Assembly (NCBI GenBank): GCA_963666315.2
Contig: CAXXHG010000043.1
Coordinates: 288,001-352,000, forward strand
Length of the DNA: 64,000 bases
Direction of reading: 5' to 3'
Origin: Candidatus Binatia bacterium
GTDB taxonomy: Bacteria; Desulfobacterota; Binatia; Bin18
Shown here: positions 1 through 13,278 of the stretch, piece by piece
Layout of the letters: each line of letters starts with the position of its first letter
Position numbering within the stretch: the stretch's first letter is position 1
Notes under the pieces: model-generated
Told to the model about the DNA's origin: nothing
The model's database searches: none
Seen by the model: the letters and a program-made list of their open reading frames with translations, nothing else
Translations under genes and position numbers: made by a program

Positions 1-758
1 ATCCACGCCAACCAAGACGCTATTTTAATGAAACAAAAATTGCCGAGCTGGCTGAATCCATACGGAATCAAGGTATATTACAGCCGCTTTTGGTTAGAAA
101 GGTGATTAAAGGTTACGAACTAATTCTCGGTGAGCGCCGTTTTCGCGCTGCTCACCGTGCTGGACTTGAGCGTGTTCCCGTCATCGTAAAAGAAGTCAGC
201 GACGCGGAAAGCCTGGAAATGGCCCTGGTTGAGAACATACAGCGAGAAGAACTTACCCCCATAGAAGAGGCCCTTGCCTATCGTCAGCTGATGCAGGAGT
301 TTAATCTTACCCAAGCGCAGGTTGCCCAACGCGTTGGTAAAAGCCGCCCTGTAGTCACCAACCTTCTGCGTGTCTTAAATCTGCCGGATGAAATAAAAGA
401 TGAGGTTGATAAGGGAACCATATCTGTCGGCCACGCTCGAGCGCTGCTCGCCCTCAATTTAACTGAACAGCAGTTGGAAATGGCTCGTCATGTAATGAAA
501 CATGGTCTTTCAGTACGCGAAACCGAAACCCTCGTTGCTCAATCGAACGTTCAAGAAATACCCACACAGTCGTCTTCACCGCAAAGACAGACGATATCGA
601 CAAAAGCTGATATCTACCTCACTGCAGTACAGGAAGATCTCATTCAAGCCCTTGGGACAAAAGTAAAAATTCTTCCTCGTCAAAATGGGGGAAGAGTCGA
701 AATTGAATATTGCTCTAATGAAGAACTAGAGGGGCTTGTACAGCGTCTAAAAGGATGA
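1..758 (+). CDS. parB: ParB/Spo0J chromosome partitioning protein (5'-partial)
   Basis: Frame open from the window edge: PRQPRRYFNE...LAESIRNQGILQPLLVR, GERRFRAA box, LVENIQREEL, HTH TQAQVAQRVGKSRP. Confidence 0.96.
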   Translation, partial: PRQPRRYFNETKIAELAESIRNQGILQPLLVRKVIKGYELILGERRFRAAHRAGLERVPVIVKEVSDAESLEMALVENIQREELTPIEEALAYRQLMQEFNLTQAQVAQRVGKSRPVVTNLLRVLNLPDEIKDEVDKGTISVGHARALLALNLTEQQLEMARHVMKHGLSVRETETLVAQSNVQEIPTQSSSPQRQTISTKADIYLTAVQEDLIQALGTKVKILPRQNGGRVEIEYCSNEELEGLVQRLKG

Positions 759-878
759 AATTAAAAAGGCCGCATAATAATAGCGCCAGAAATAATTACG
801 GCCATTCCTTATTATAGTTTCTAGCCCTTTGTCTTCTACACTTCGTATTAATTCGTATTAAGAGGAGACCATTCTTCG

Positions 879-1319
879 GTGCTTTCTTTCCCTCCAGACT
901 GGACTTTTATCGCCCAAATTGTTCTTTTTCTTACCGTTTGGACCTGTTTACGCCGCCTTTTGTTTGAACCTAACCTCGCTGTGCTCAAGACACGTAAACA
1001 GCGCACGGAAGGGGCCATGCAAGAGTCGGCGCAGGTCAAAGCTGAAGTCGAGCAGATGAATGAACAGTACAGGGCACGCCTGGCCACAACACGGACTGAA
1101 GCGCGACAAAAGGTCGACACCATTTACAAGGATGCCGGGCTCCAAGCCCGCTCAGTTGTAGAGGCCGCGCGCAAAGAAGCAGGCAAGTCAGTCGTCAGTA
1201 TTCGGCAAACGCTCTCTCAAGATGTTGAAAACACCCGTCTAAGCCTCGAAGCGCAGCTGCCTCAATTCGCTCGTGAAATAAGTGAGAAACTACTGGAGAG
1301 ACCCCTCACCCAGTCATGA
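879..1319 (+). CDS. atpF: ATP synthase F0 subunit b'
   Basis: N-terminal TM helix then coiled coil; first of two b-type genes before atpH; AGGAG RBS upstream. Confidence 0.88.
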   Translation: MLSFPPDWTFIAQIVLFLTVWTCLRRLLFEPNLAVLKTRKQRTEGAMQESAQVKAEVEQMNEQYRARLATTRTEARQKVDTIYKDAGLQARSVVEAARKEAGKSVVSIRQTLSQDVENTRLSLEAQLPQFAREISEKLLERPLTQS

Positions 1320-1921
1320 TACAGTCTAAACAGCCCATAATTATTTTCGGCCTCCACATCTCTCTCCTGTGCGCCTTGCCCTCACTGGGCTGGTCTGCCG
1401 AGGACACACATGCTGAGCACGCGGGTAGCTCCCAATTGCTCACACTGCTCTTCTTTACTATTAATTTTCTCATTTTCGTCTTTGTCCTACGCAAATTCGC
1501 ATTTGGCATTATCAAACAAAAGCTCAAGGAACGTCATGCCTCAGTCGTGCAAGCCCTGGATGAAGCCAAGCGAGCCAAAGAAGAAGCCGAACAGCTCCGC
1601 CAAGAATACGAGCAGAAGATAGCCAATCTGGCGGCCGAGGAGGAGCAGTTCCGTACGCAAGCTATTGAGGCTGCAGAACGCGAGCGTACGCGTATCATGG
1701 AAGAAGCCCGACAGATGGCTGAACGAGCGACAGCCGAGGTCCAACTCATCGCTCAACGCGAAATCGAAGCGGCACGCCAGTTGCTGCGCAAAGAGGTCGC
1801 ACGACAAGCGGTGCAGATCGCGACTGCGCTTATTCAACAAAACGTCACATCGAGTGATAATAACCGTTTGTGTCAAAATCTGGTTCGTGAGGTCGGCAAT
1901 GCCGGGAACGCAGGCAGCTAG
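1316..1921 (+). CDS. atpF: ATP synthase F0 subunit b with signal-like N-terminal extension
   Basis: INFLIFVFVL TM helix followed by charged coiled coil; operon position. Confidence 0.9.
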   Translation: MIQSKQPIIIFGLHISLLCALPSLGWSAEDTHAEHAGSSQLLTLLFFTINFLIFVFVLRKFAFGIIKQKLKERHASVVQALDEAKRAKEEAEQLRQEYEQKIANLAAEEEQFRTQAIEAAERERTRIMEEARQMAERATAEVQLIAQREIEAARQLLRKEVARQAVQIATALIQQNVTSSDNNRLCQNLVREVGNAGNAGS

Positions 1922-2441
1922 GCGCTACGCCAAAGCACTCCTCAGTCTTGCTCAAGAACAAGGCGAGGGAGAAAAAATCGGGTCGCAACTCACCCAAGTA
2001 GCGCAGCTATTCACCGATCCGGAATTAGCAAAAATACTCACCCTACCGGCCCTCCCGCTGAGGGCCCGTCAGAGTATTGTGCAGCAGGTGATCTCTCAGG
2101 CCTCATTACATGACACCTTCGTAAAGTTCTTGCGTGTCCTGGCCGACAATAACCGCTTACGCGACTTAGTCGATATAGACCGGGCTTACCAACGCCTTCT
2201 TGATAAAGTCCTCGGTCGCATTCAAGCCCAGATCCGCTCTGCAGCTGCCCTTTCAGAAGAGGAAGCGCAAATTATTACCGCTGCGTTTAGCCGCCTCACC
2301 AAGAAAACGGTGGAAGCGTCTTTTGCCGTTGATACGGAACTCTTAGGCGGAATCATCGTTGAGGTTGAAGGCCGGGTATACGACGCGAGTCTCAAGACAC
2401 AGCTTGCACGGCTTGAGAGTCAACTTGCGCAACAGCTGTAG
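1899..2441 (+). CDS. atpH: ATP synthase F1 subunit delta
   Basis: ARRYAKAL and LLGGIIVEVEGRVYDASL motifs; start moved from 1665 to ATG 1899. Confidence 0.95.
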   Translation: MPGTQAARRYAKALLSLAQEQGEGEKIGSQLTQVAQLFTDPELAKILTLPALPLRARQSIVQQVISQASLHDTFVKFLRVLADNNRLRDLVDIDRAYQRLLDKVLGRIQAQIRSAAALSEEEAQIITAAFSRLTKKTVEASFAVDTELLGGIIVEVEGRVYDASLKTQLARLESQLAQQL

Positions 2442-2496
2442 AGAGAGCTGAAAGATCATTAAGAAATAGTACACAACGTATTAACGAGAGGGACGA

Positions 2497-4005
2497 ATGG
2501 AACTACGTGCCGCTGAGATCAGCGAAATCATCAAGCAACAAATTCAAGGCTACGACCAGCAGGTCGAACAGCGGGAGACCGGTACCGTACTCTCAGCCGG
2601 AGATGGAATCGCTCGCATCCATGGACTAGATCGGGTCGCATCCGGAGAACTGCTGCAGTTCCCCGGCGACCTGTACGGCTTGGCGCTCAACCTCGAAGAA
2701 GACAACGTTGGTGCCGCCATCTTCGGTGAGGTGCAGTCTATTAAAGAGGGCGACGAGGTTCGACGCACCGGCCGTATTGCCGAGGTCCCCGTTGGCGATG
2801 CCATGCTCGGTCGAGTCGTGAACGCTCTCGGCCAGCCGCTGGACGGGAAAGGCCCGATTGAAACAACCGAAATGCGCCGGATTGAGGTCAAAGCTCCGGG
2901 CATCGTCCTACGCCAGCCTGTCACAGAGCCCTTACAAACGGGAATCAAAGCCATTGATTCCATGATCCCCATCGGTCGCGGTCAGCGCGAACTCATCATC
3001 GGTGACCGACAAACCGGCAAGACGGCTATTATCGTTGATACCATTATCAACCAAAAAGGTGGCGATGTATCCTGTATTTATGTCGCCATTGGTCAAAAGC
3101 AATCCACAGTAGCCCAACTGGTTGAGCGGCTGACCCGCGCCGGTGCGATGGACTATACCACGATCGTTATGGCCGCAGCCTCCGATGCGGCACCGCTTCA
3201 GTTTATTGCTCCGTACACCGGTTGCGCCATAGGAGAATATTTCCGTGATAACGGTCGGCATGCGTTACTCGCCTATGATGATTTGTCCAAGCACGCCGTG
3301 GCCTATCGACAGCTCTCGCTACTGTTACGCCGCCCACCGGGCCGCGAGGCGTTTCCGGGTGACGTATTCTATCTGCACTCAAGACTATTAGAGCGTGCGG
3401 CAAAAATGAGCGATGCCGAAGGGGGTGGATCCTTGACAGCCTTACCGGTGATTGAGACCCAGGCTGGCGACGTATCCGCCTACATCCCGACCAATGTGAT
3501 TTCTATTACCGACGGCCAAATCTTTCTTGAGTCTGACCTCTTCTTCTCTGGTGTCCGGCCTGCGGTGAACGTGGGTATCTCGGTCTCTCGGGTCGGTGGC
3601 AACGCCCAGATTAAAGCCATGAAACAAGTCGCCGGCTCACTCAGACTGGACTTGGCACAGTACCGTGAGATGGCCGCCTTCGCGCAGTTCGGATCTGATC
3701 TGGATGTCACTACTCAGCGCATGCTCTCGCGAGGAGCGCGCCTCGTCGAAATTCTCAAGCAAGGCCAGTACGAGCCGATGCCGGTCGAACGACAGGTTGT
3801 GATCATTTACGCCGGAACAAACGGCCTCCTGGACGCCTTCCCTGAATCTGCACTAGTCACATATGAAGCGGAACTCGCCCGTTTCATCGAAAATACTCGC
3901 CCGGATATCTATTCTGACATCCTCGCAAAAGGTGAGCTTGACGACGATCTCAGAGGGCAGATCGACACTGCGCTGAAAGCATTCAACGAGAGCTTTTCGG
4001 CGTAA
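2497..4005 (+). CDS. atpA: ATP synthase F1 subunit alpha
   Basis: [30 protein letters not shown]. Confidence 0.99.
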   Translation: MELRAAEISEIIKQQIQGYDQQVEQRETGTVLSAGDGIARIHGLDRVASGELLQFPGDLYGLALNLEEDNVGAAIFGEVQSIKEGDEVRRTGRIAEVPVGDAMLGRVVNALGQPLDGKGPIETTEMRRIEVKAPGIVLRQPVTEPLQTGIKAIDSMIPIGRGQRELIIGDRQTGKTAIIVDTIINQKGGDVSCIYVAIGQKQSTVAQLVERLTRAGAMDYTTIVMAAASDAAPLQFIAPYTGCAIGEYFRDNGRHALLAYDDLSKHAVAYRQLSLLLRRPPGREAFPGDVFYLHSRLLERAAKMSDAEGGGSLTALPVIETQAGDVSAYIPTNVISITDGQIFLESDLFFSGVRPAVNVGISVSRVGGNAQIKAMKQVAGSLRLDLAQYREMAAFAQFGSDLDVTTQRMLSRGARLVEILKQGQYEPMPVERQVVIIYAGTNGLLDAFPESALVTYEAELARFIENTRPDIYSDILAKGELDDDLRGQIDTALKAFNESFSA

Positions 4006-4013
4006 CTGACACT

Positions 4014-6364
<2,351 letters not shown>

Positions 6365-6435
6365 CAAAAAGGACAAAAAGGAAACCCCCGGCTCGGAAAC
6401 TTCGCCGTCAAGAGAAAGAGCATCCAAAGAGAATT

Positions 6436-6843
6436 ATGGCTGATACCCTGCGTCTGCGTTTAGTGACCCCAGAGCGTTTCATCCTCGATGAGGAGGTTGA
6501 TGAAGTGACCGCTCCGGGTACAGTTGGTGAGTTTGGTGTGCTGCCTAACCACACGACCTTTTTGTCCTCGCTCCAGCCTGGGCGACTGTCCTATAAGCAG
6601 GGCGGACAAAACCAATCATTGGCAGTGAGTGACGGATTCGCTGAAGTGGTAGAAAATCTCATGACCGTGTTGTGTACCGACGCCGCCTACGCAAATGAAA
6701 TCGATGCCGAGCAGTCACAAGAGGCGGTCAGAGAAGCCGAAAAGGCGCTCAGCGCCCTCTCCCCAAACGACGCTGGTTTTGACGACGCCCAAAACGCCCT
6801 CCGCCTGGCCGAAGTCCGCTTAGAAGTTGCGTCCGACAACTGA
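6436..6843 (+). CDS. atpC: ATP synthase F1 subunit epsilon
   Basis: LVTPER, GEFGVLPNHT. Confidence 0.97.
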   Translation: MADTLRLRLVTPERFILDEEVDEVTAPGTVGEFGVLPNHTTFLSSLQPGRLSYKQGGQNQSLAVSDGFAEVVENLMTVLCTDAAYANEIDAEQSQEAVREAEKALSALSPNDAGFDDAQNALRLAEVRLEVASDN

Positions 6844-7079
6844 CCCTGTTGTGCTGGCACGCGTGTCCTGAACAGGATAAAAGCCCGTAACTTATCGGTC
6901 TATTCTAGTGCTGCCGTATCACCGTCTGAGTAAAATCCTCACGCTCGGCAATGCTGGCTTGCCTATCCGGCTTAAACAGCGGACCCCGATCTCTTATCAA
7001 GCAGAGCTGTCAAAGGCATTGTGACGGGTCACATGGTAACATCGGTCATATAAACGTATGGCTAGGAAACAAGACCAGA

Positions 7080-7394
7080 ATGCGACCGCTTATCCATATT
7101 GCTCTCCATTTCATTGTCCCGGCTCTTGTGGCAGGGAAGTTCTATTGGGGTCACTCGAAGTGGGCTTTCCTCGTGATGGTCGGAACGATGCTGGTTGATA
7201 TCGACCATCTTCTGGCCGACCCAGTGTTCGACCCCAACCGCTGTGGCATAGGCTTTCATCCCTTGCATTCATATCCTGCGATAGTGGTCTATCTGGTGCT
7301 GCTGGCTATCCCCAAAGTACGACTTGTCGCCCTCGGGCTTGCTATTCATATAGCACTAGACAGTGTTGACTGTGTCTGGATGAAGCTCGAATAG
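7080..7394 (+). CDS. DUF6122-like small membrane protein
   Basis: HIALHFIVP, TMLVDIDHLLADPVFDPNRCGIGFHPLH; start placed at ATG 7080. Confidence 0.75.
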   Translation: MRPLIHIALHFIVPALVAGKFYWGHSKWAFLVMVGTMLVDIDHLLADPVFDPNRCGIGFHPLHSYPAIVVYLVLLAIPKVRLVALGLAIHIALDSVDCVWMKLE

Positions 7395-7543
7395 AATGTC
7401 AAGCATGCACAGGGCACGGCATCGCCCTTGCGCTTGGCGCGTTTCTCATTTATGCCGCCAGATGAGTTTGATGGTCTGGTACGTTGCCGGACTCGCACTA
7501 TCTGACACAACGCTACAATCTCGACCGAAATCTGAAAGACAGG

Positions 7544-8332
7544 ATGCAAAAAATTATTGAGATAAAAAATGCCACGGTCTTTCGTGGCCAAACGCGTGTG
7601 TTTGACAACCTCTCGCTCGAGCTCATCCAAGGTCGCAACACGGCTATTCTTGGTCCAAATGGCGCAGGGAAATCGACCTTGCTCAAGCTACTCTCACGCG
7701 AGCTATACGCTGTCCAACGTGCTGACAGTTACGTACGTGTATACGGCAAGGAACGTTGGGACGTGTGGGAGCTGCGTGCCCACTTTGGTCTGGTATCGCA
7801 TGATTTACAGCAACAATACGTTGGAAACGCACGAGGCTTTAATATTATTTTGTCAGGATATTATTCGAGCATAGATACGGCCTGGCACCACACCTTCAGC
7901 CACACAGATAAAGCCCGTGCGCAGCAAATCCTACAAACCTTGGGGATTCACCATCTTCAAGACAAGATTTTTTCTACTATGTCGACCGGCGAGCAGCGCC
8001 GCTTTCTGCTGGGTCGGGCACTCATCAACGATCCCGATACGCTCATCCTGGATGAGCCGACCAGTGGGCTCGACCTGAAAGCCTGTTTTCAATATTTGGA
8101 GATCATCCGTCGATTAATGCAAGAAGGAAAGACCGTTGCTCTGGTTACGCATCATATTCATGAAATTCCTCCCGGGATTTCACGCGTCATACTGCTCAAA
8201 GAAGGCCGGGTTATCGCAGATGGTGAGAAACAAGACATTCTTACCAGTGCGAATCTGAGTATGCTGTTCGATACCACTGTCGAATTGGTCCAGACCAACG
8301 GATACTATCAAGCTATGCCTGGTACTGCCTAA
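7544..8332 (+). CDS. ABC transporter ATP-binding protein (ModF/YlmA-like, stand-alone)
   Basis: GPNGAGKST, MSTGEQRR, LILDEPTSGLD. Confidence 0.92.
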   Translation: MQKIIEIKNATVFRGQTRVFDNLSLELIQGRNTAILGPNGAGKSTLLKLLSRELYAVQRADSYVRVYGKERWDVWELRAHFGLVSHDLQQQYVGNARGFNIILSGYYSSIDTAWHHTFSHTDKARAQQILQTLGIHHLQDKIFSTMSTGEQRRFLLGRALINDPDTLILDEPTSGLDLKACFQYLEIIRRLMQEGKTVALVTHHIHEIPPGISRVILLKEGRVIADGEKQDILTSANLSMLFDTTVELVQTNGYYQAMPGTA

Positions 8333-9384
8333 GATAGCGAGCTGTCTACAGCTATGCTTGTAGACAGCCGTGCTGCTGATTTCAGGCGATAGACGCGTGC
8401 CGCGGTATCATGGAAGAGGGCAAGCCGTTCAGTGGGCGAGAAATCGTCAGTAATGCGTTTGAACGAGTTCCATAGCACCGTATAGGAACACGACGCCTTA
8501 TCAACCGGGAAATTACTCTCAAACATACAGCGCTCAACTCCGAATTGCTCAATGCATAAAAGATAATAGGGTGCAGTTGCTTCAGCGATTTCTGCAGATG
8601 TCGGTGGTTCGTCCCTTTTGTGCCAACCAAAGCCACACATCGGCATGGTGACCCCACCAAGTTTGATCACAACATTCTGACACGCGGCAAGATCGACGAT
8701 TCCACGCCTCCACTCGGTGAAAACCTCGTCTTGCTTGCCTGCGTACGGACCTATCCCCAGCAGTCCACCAACATGATCAAGGATAATTGGCGCATCGGGG
8801 AAGGCCTGAGCGAGATCTACCAAGTCGGCAAGCTGGGTGTGGTAGAGCCAGGCATCAAAGCTGAGGCCCAGTTTATAGAGACAGGCAAAGCCCTGCCTAA
8901 ATGTCGCATCCAATAAGAGGCCTTCGGTAGGATTCGTGTGAGCGTTGCGGATCTTGTCACTCACATGCCAGCTTGAGGCATGCCGAATCCCGCGAAAGCG
9001 ACTCTGGCTGGCGGCAATATGCGCCTCAAGTACGGGTTCGACAGCAGAACCAAGTGCAAGGTCGGCCAAGCTCACAATTCCTGCCGCAACCGCAGTCGGT
9101 CCGTAGTGTCCACTCGCACTCTGGGCTGCGATTCCTTGTACAAACTCCGTCTCCCCAACGGGCTTCATCTCTTCGGGACCGTCTTTGCGGTACATCGAAG
9201 CACATTCGACAAAGACCGTTTGAGCGATCCGGTGGCCACCGCCTAGATCCTTGACTAGCTCATCCAGGAGATAACGATCCCGTGGAGTATCCCACAAATG
9301 GTGGTGCGGATCACAAATAGGAAGCTCGGGAGCAAGGGCTTCCTCCATGATCAACCTAAGCCGAGCCTCACGATCCACTGCCAT
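8329..9384 (-). CDS. Amidohydrolase family protein (amidohydro_2)
   Basis: DPHHHLW, RFRGIRH, MFESNFPVD. Confidence 0.92.
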   Translation of the reverse strand: MAVDREARLRLIMEEALAPELPICDPHHHLWDTPRDRYLLDELVKDLGGGHRIAQTVFVECASMYRKDGPEEMKPVGETEFVQGIAAQSASGHYGPTAVAAGIVSLADLALGSAVEPVLEAHIAASQSRFRGIRHASSWHVSDKIRNAHTNPTEGLLLDATFRQGFACLYKLGLSFDAWLYHTQLADLVDLAQAFPDAPIILDHVGGLLGIGPYAGKQDEVFTEWRRGIVDLAACQNVVIKLGGVTMPMCGFGWHKRDEPPTSAEIAEATAPYYLLCIEQFGVERCMFESNFPVDKASCSYTVLWNSFKRITDDFSPTERLALFHDTAARVYRLKSAARLSTSIAVDSSLS

Positions 9385-9626
9385 ATCCTTCCTCCTTTAT
9401 TCTGATAGCACGCTTCTATTCTGAAAGCAGACTTCTTGGTCATATACCGAGGCGCTCGGCCAGGCGCAATATCCTGCTCATGTTCTGGGCAGAACGACTC
9501 AAATCAATATGCTCTGCCACGCTCAGCCCAGGCGAATATTCCTGTTTTTTTTTAAATTTTATCGCGCGAAGCCCGATCATTTCTACACGGACCCCGTCCG
9601 AGCGGACCCGTCCGAGAGGAGTACGT

Positions 9627-10601
9627 ATGTCTTGGGTTGATATAACAGTGATTGTTGTCCCGCTTGTCCTTGCAGGGACTGTGGCCCTCCTACTCATCCG
9701 AACTATGGTGCGATCTCGACAACAATCAAAGCCTAAGGCGTCGTCCCAAGTCTCCCGGCCTAAGCGCTCAACGGCAGATCAGTCCCCGCCTGTCCGGCGT
9801 GATCCTCCATCCATGCACTCGTTTACGCCAGAGGTAAAGGCGAGTCAGACAACGGACGAAGACTCGGTATTCGGGCAAGCAGGACGAGACAGGATGTCGT
9901 CCCCACCGTCAAGCGCAGCACCTTCTTCAGACGCGATATCGTCCCCAGCGCCAAGCCCGCCACCTTCTTCAGTAGAGACATTCTGGTCGGATTTTAAGGG
10001 GGAGCGCAGCGCAAAGTTCATTAGTTTTATCAATTTTAAAGGCGGCGTAGGAAAGAGTACATGCGCCGCCGAACTTTCGGCTGCGCTTGCCAGTCAGCAT
10101 GGGAAACGTGTTCTTCTTATTGATCTCGATCCACAGACTAACGCGACATTCTATTTTATGGATTACAGTCAGTGGGAGCATTGGCAACAAACCGCTGGTT
10201 CACTCAGAACCCTCTTTGACGCGTTTCTGGCGGGTAATGGTGAACAGTTTGATATTTCCCGTGTTATTAAGCGCGATCTCATGAGCATTGACGGCGAATC
10301 AATTGTCCCCAATCTTCATCTGCTGCCATCCCATCTAGCTCTCGTCCTCATTGATATTCAGCTCGCAGCAAAGGCCGAAATCTTACACCTAGCCCAAGAA
10401 TTCTTGGCTCGCTTTGAGCAACCTGACATGCAGCAGGAGGCAGCGGCCGACGCTGCTTCTGTCCCTGCCCCTATCAAGCTATATACACCCGCCATGACTC
10501 AAGACGAGATGTCGCCTATCCAGGGTGGGCACTCTGATGCGGAGACATCCGCATCAGAGACAACAGCGGAGACCATCACTCTTGCGGCGAAATCTTCTTA
10601 A
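9627..10601 (+). CDS. Membrane-anchored ParA/Soj-like ATPase with apparent internal deletion (possible pseudogene)
   Basis: N-terminal TM helix, Pro/Ser linker, NFKGGVGKST, LLIDLDPQTNAT; no D-C/T-P-P Walker B region; GAGGAG RBS before ATG 9627. Confidence 0.8.
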   Translation: MSWVDITVIVVPLVLAGTVALLLIRTMVRSRQQSKPKASSQVSRPKRSTADQSPPVRRDPPSMHSFTPEVKASQTTDEDSVFGQAGRDRMSSPPSSAAPSSDAISSPAPSPPPSSVETFWSDFKGERSAKFISFINFKGGVGKSTCAAELSAALASQHGKRVLLIDLDPQTNATFYFMDYSQWEHWQQTAGSLRTLFDAFLAGNGEQFDISRVIKRDLMSIDGESIVPNLHLLPSHLALVLIDIQLAAKAEILHLAQEFLARFEQPDMQQEAAADAASVPAPIKLYTPAMTQDEMSPIQGGHSDAETSASETTAETITLAAKSS

Positions 10602-10615
10602 GACCCGCCTCTCCA

Positions 10616-11899
10616 TCAAAGCTGGGGAGGCGCGTTTTCGTCTTCCGTGATCCACTTACGTACCCACGGCAATAGGGCGAAAGCGGGCCAAGCGAGGAAG
10701 AACGTTACCGTAAAATACATCGCATATCCCACACTTTGGGTGAGCCAACCTGAGAGCGCGCCGGATAGGGAACGGCCGAGACCGAAAAGTGCGCTGAGTA
10801 GCGCATACTGCGTTGCGGCTTGACGTTTCTCACATACGCTCATCAAAAACGCTAGGAACGGGGCAGTGCCCAATCCGCCGCAGAATGACTCCACACAGGA
10901 AGCAGCGTACATGAGCAGTTCAGAGCGGGGCAGGGCGGCGGTGGCAGCATAGAATAAATTAGACCCTGCTTGTGCAATGCCTAAAACCCACAAAGCACGG
11001 AATAATCCCCACTGCTTTGTGAGGCGACCGCCTAACAGGGCACCAAGAATAGTACTCACCACCCCCACTGTGCCTGGAATCGCGCCAATCTGAATTGGAG
11101 TAAATCCTCGATCCACCCAAAACGGTCTGACCATTGGGCCAAGCGCCATATCCCCGAGTTTGAAAAGCAAGACAAAGAGAAGAACCTGGACAACGCCCGG
11201 ACGCTGCCAAAAATTTTGAAGCGGGTCGAGAAAACCATTCTTAAAAGCTGTAGGCCAAGACTGAGAAGATTGCAGACCCTTTGGATCCTTTTGATCTTGG
11301 GACAGACTCGCCACAAGAGGCATCTGACTAGAAATACAAGCCAGCACGGCCAGAAGAACGGCTGCGGTAAGAAAAGCAGCTTGCCATCCAATCAGACCAG
11401 CGGCTCCAACAAAGACGCCTCCGGCAGCAATCAGTGCGACACGGTAGGTGCTGACCCGCACCCCATTGGCAGGACCCATTTCGGTTTGGTCCAACAGCTC
11501 AATAGTGTACGCGTCAATGGCAATATCCTGAGTCGCAGACAGCACGGCAAGAACGATAAGTCCTAGCCACAACACGCTCCCCAAGCTGTTACTAGCGGCT
11601 GGATCAAAAAAAAAGAGCAGACACAGATCAATGGCCAAAAGCCCCTGGCAGGCAACGATCCAGCTGCGCCGCGAACCCCAGACATCAACTATCGGCGCCC
11701 ACAGAAACTTGAGCGTCCACGGCAGTCCGACCAGGCTCAGCAGTCCAATCTCTGTCAGACCGACCCCGTGCATGCGGAAGTAGACGGGAAACGCATCAAA
11801 GAGGAGGCCGAACGGCAAACCCTCCGCAAAATAGAGCAGGGCTACCCAGGTCAGTTTCGTTCGAGTTGAGAGTGGTTGTGTCACTGAGGGAATGGCCAA
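10616..11899 (-). CDS. ampG: AmpG-family MFS permease
   Basis: LYFAEGLP, LPWTLKFLWAPIVD, SATQDIAIDAY, ATQYALLSAL. Confidence 0.85.
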   Translation of the reverse strand: MAIPSVTQPLSTRTKLTWVALLYFAEGLPFGLLFDAFPVYFRMHGVGLTEIGLLSLVGLPWTLKFLWAPIVDVWGSRRSWIVACQGLLAIDLCLLFFFDPAASNSLGSVLWLGLIVLAVLSATQDIAIDAYTIELLDQTEMGPANGVRVSTYRVALIAAGGVFVGAAGLIGWQAAFLTAAVLLAVLACISSQMPLVASLSQDQKDPKGLQSSQSWPTAFKNGFLDPLQNFWQRPGVVQVLLFVLLFKLGDMALGPMVRPFWVDRGFTPIQIGAIPGTVGVVSTILGALLGGRLTKQWGLFRALWVLGIAQAGSNLFYAATAALPRSELLMYAASCVESFCGGLGTAPFLAFLMSVCEKRQAATQYALLSALFGLGRSLSGALSGWLTQSVGYAMYFTVTFFLAWPAFALLPWVRKWITEDENAPPQL

Positions 11900-11934
11900 G
11901 AGAACGGAGCCAACATAGCGAACATCGCTTGAGA

Positions 11935-12594
11935 CTATCGACTCCGCTTCACATCGATTTTCTCGCAGTAGCGCTCAATCGGGCATAGGCTACACTTGGG
12001 TGAAGTCGGATGGCACAGGGTCTGACCAAAGGCAACTAGGAGGTCATTATAGCCGATCCAGAAACGTTTAGGCAAAATCGCACGCAGTGCCATTTCGGTC
12101 CCTTCTGGATTTTTGGTTTCGACATAGCCCCAGCGGTTTGAAATGCGATGCACATGCGTGTCGACACAGATTCCCGGCTTTTGAAATCCCAAGGTCACGA
12201 CCAGGTTCGCAGTTTTTCGTCCTACCCCTTTGAAGACGAGCAGCTCGTCGATTTCATCCGGCACTTGGCTCCCATATTTGTCGATCAGGATCTGTGAGAT
12301 ATCGAGCACGGTCCGTGCTTTTGTTTTGTAGAACCCAACCGGATAGATGGCCTGCTTCACTTGGGCTGGCGTGAGGGTGACCATTTGCTCTGGTGTATCT
12401 GCCAGAGCAAACAACCGCCGCGCGGCAGGGCCGGTTGTTTCGTCCTTGGTGCGCAGGCTGAGCAGACACGCGATCAGGACTTGGTAGGGGTCACGTGACA
12501 AGCCGGCCATTTCTGTCACAACAGGCGCGTCCCATCCCGTAGACCCTGTGCGCAGTGTTTGAATGACCCGAGAAATCGTGCGATTAGTAACCAC
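11935..12594 (-). CDS. nth: Endonuclease III (HhH-GPD)
   Basis: GVGRKTANLV, VDTHVHRISNR, C-terminal CxxxxxxCxxCxxxxxC Fe-S motif; GTG start at 12594 assumed. Confidence 0.93.
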   Translation of the reverse strand: MVTNRTISRVIQTLRTGSTGWDAPVVTEMAGLSRDPYQVLIACLLSLRTKDETTGPAARRLFALADTPEQMVTLTPAQVKQAIYPVGFYKTKARTVLDISQILIDKYGSQVPDEIDELLVFKGVGRKTANLVVTLGFQKPGICVDTHVHRISNRWGYVETKNPEGTEMALRAILPKRFWIGYNDLLVAFGQTLCHPTSPKCSLCPIERYCEKIDVKRSR

Positions 12595-12598
12595 CTCG

Positions 12599-13278
12599 TT
12601 ATCCCCCCTCTCCCCTCCCTTGTATGGTGACAATGCTGACCGGCAGTGGCAGATTATCTTCCCGTTCGTTTATTTCTTCGCGCGTCCATCGCATTCCGGC
12701 CTGATCGAGCCAGTCATAAAACTCTTCGGTATTCGTGCGTTTCGCGTCGGCAATAATCACGTGTCCATCAGGATGGAGATGAGTAGCAAGAAAGTTCACC
12801 AGAGCTGGAAACGTCGGTCGATCATACAGAATTCCTGCTTGAATGAGCGAGAAACGCATATCGAGCATGTCCCGCGTAAAGTCGAGCGGCTTGCCTCGCA
12901 CCGAGAGCAGGCGTTGAGTTGCGCGTTGACAAGCGCAAAAGACACGGCTGCGGGCTCCTTATCCACAAACGTTACCCGTCCACCTTTCAATGCTGCCATT
13001 ATCCCGGTCAGTCCCAGTCCACAGCCCAAATCCAGAACAGCCAGGTCTCGACAGTCGACCTGCGCGTCAATATAGCGTGCAAGCGTGAGTGCACCCGTCC
13101 ATAGATGTGCCCAATACGGCGGCTCCTCAGTGTCGTCTCGGAGTAAGGCGGCACGGTCGACGAAACGTTCAAAGTCTTTGACACGGAACAGGCTGAGATT
13201 ATGGGAACCCACTGTGACAGGGCGGGGTTCCGCATCATACGGCAAGACGCCTGGCAAGACGTTTGGTAAAACGCTCAC
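12599..13278 (-). pseudogene. Class I SAM-dependent methyltransferase (METTL21-like), frameshifted near 12892
   Basis: PYWAHLW and LDLGCGLG in ORF 12796-13278; continuation PLDF...ILYD in ORF 12599-12901; one missing base joins them. Confidence 0.8.

Noticed and set aside
9440-9580. Short minus-strand ORF (…SPGLSVAEHIDLSRSAQNMSRILRLAERLGI) as a gene remnant
   Set aside because: Protein-like but matches no family I can name, and has no clear RBS.
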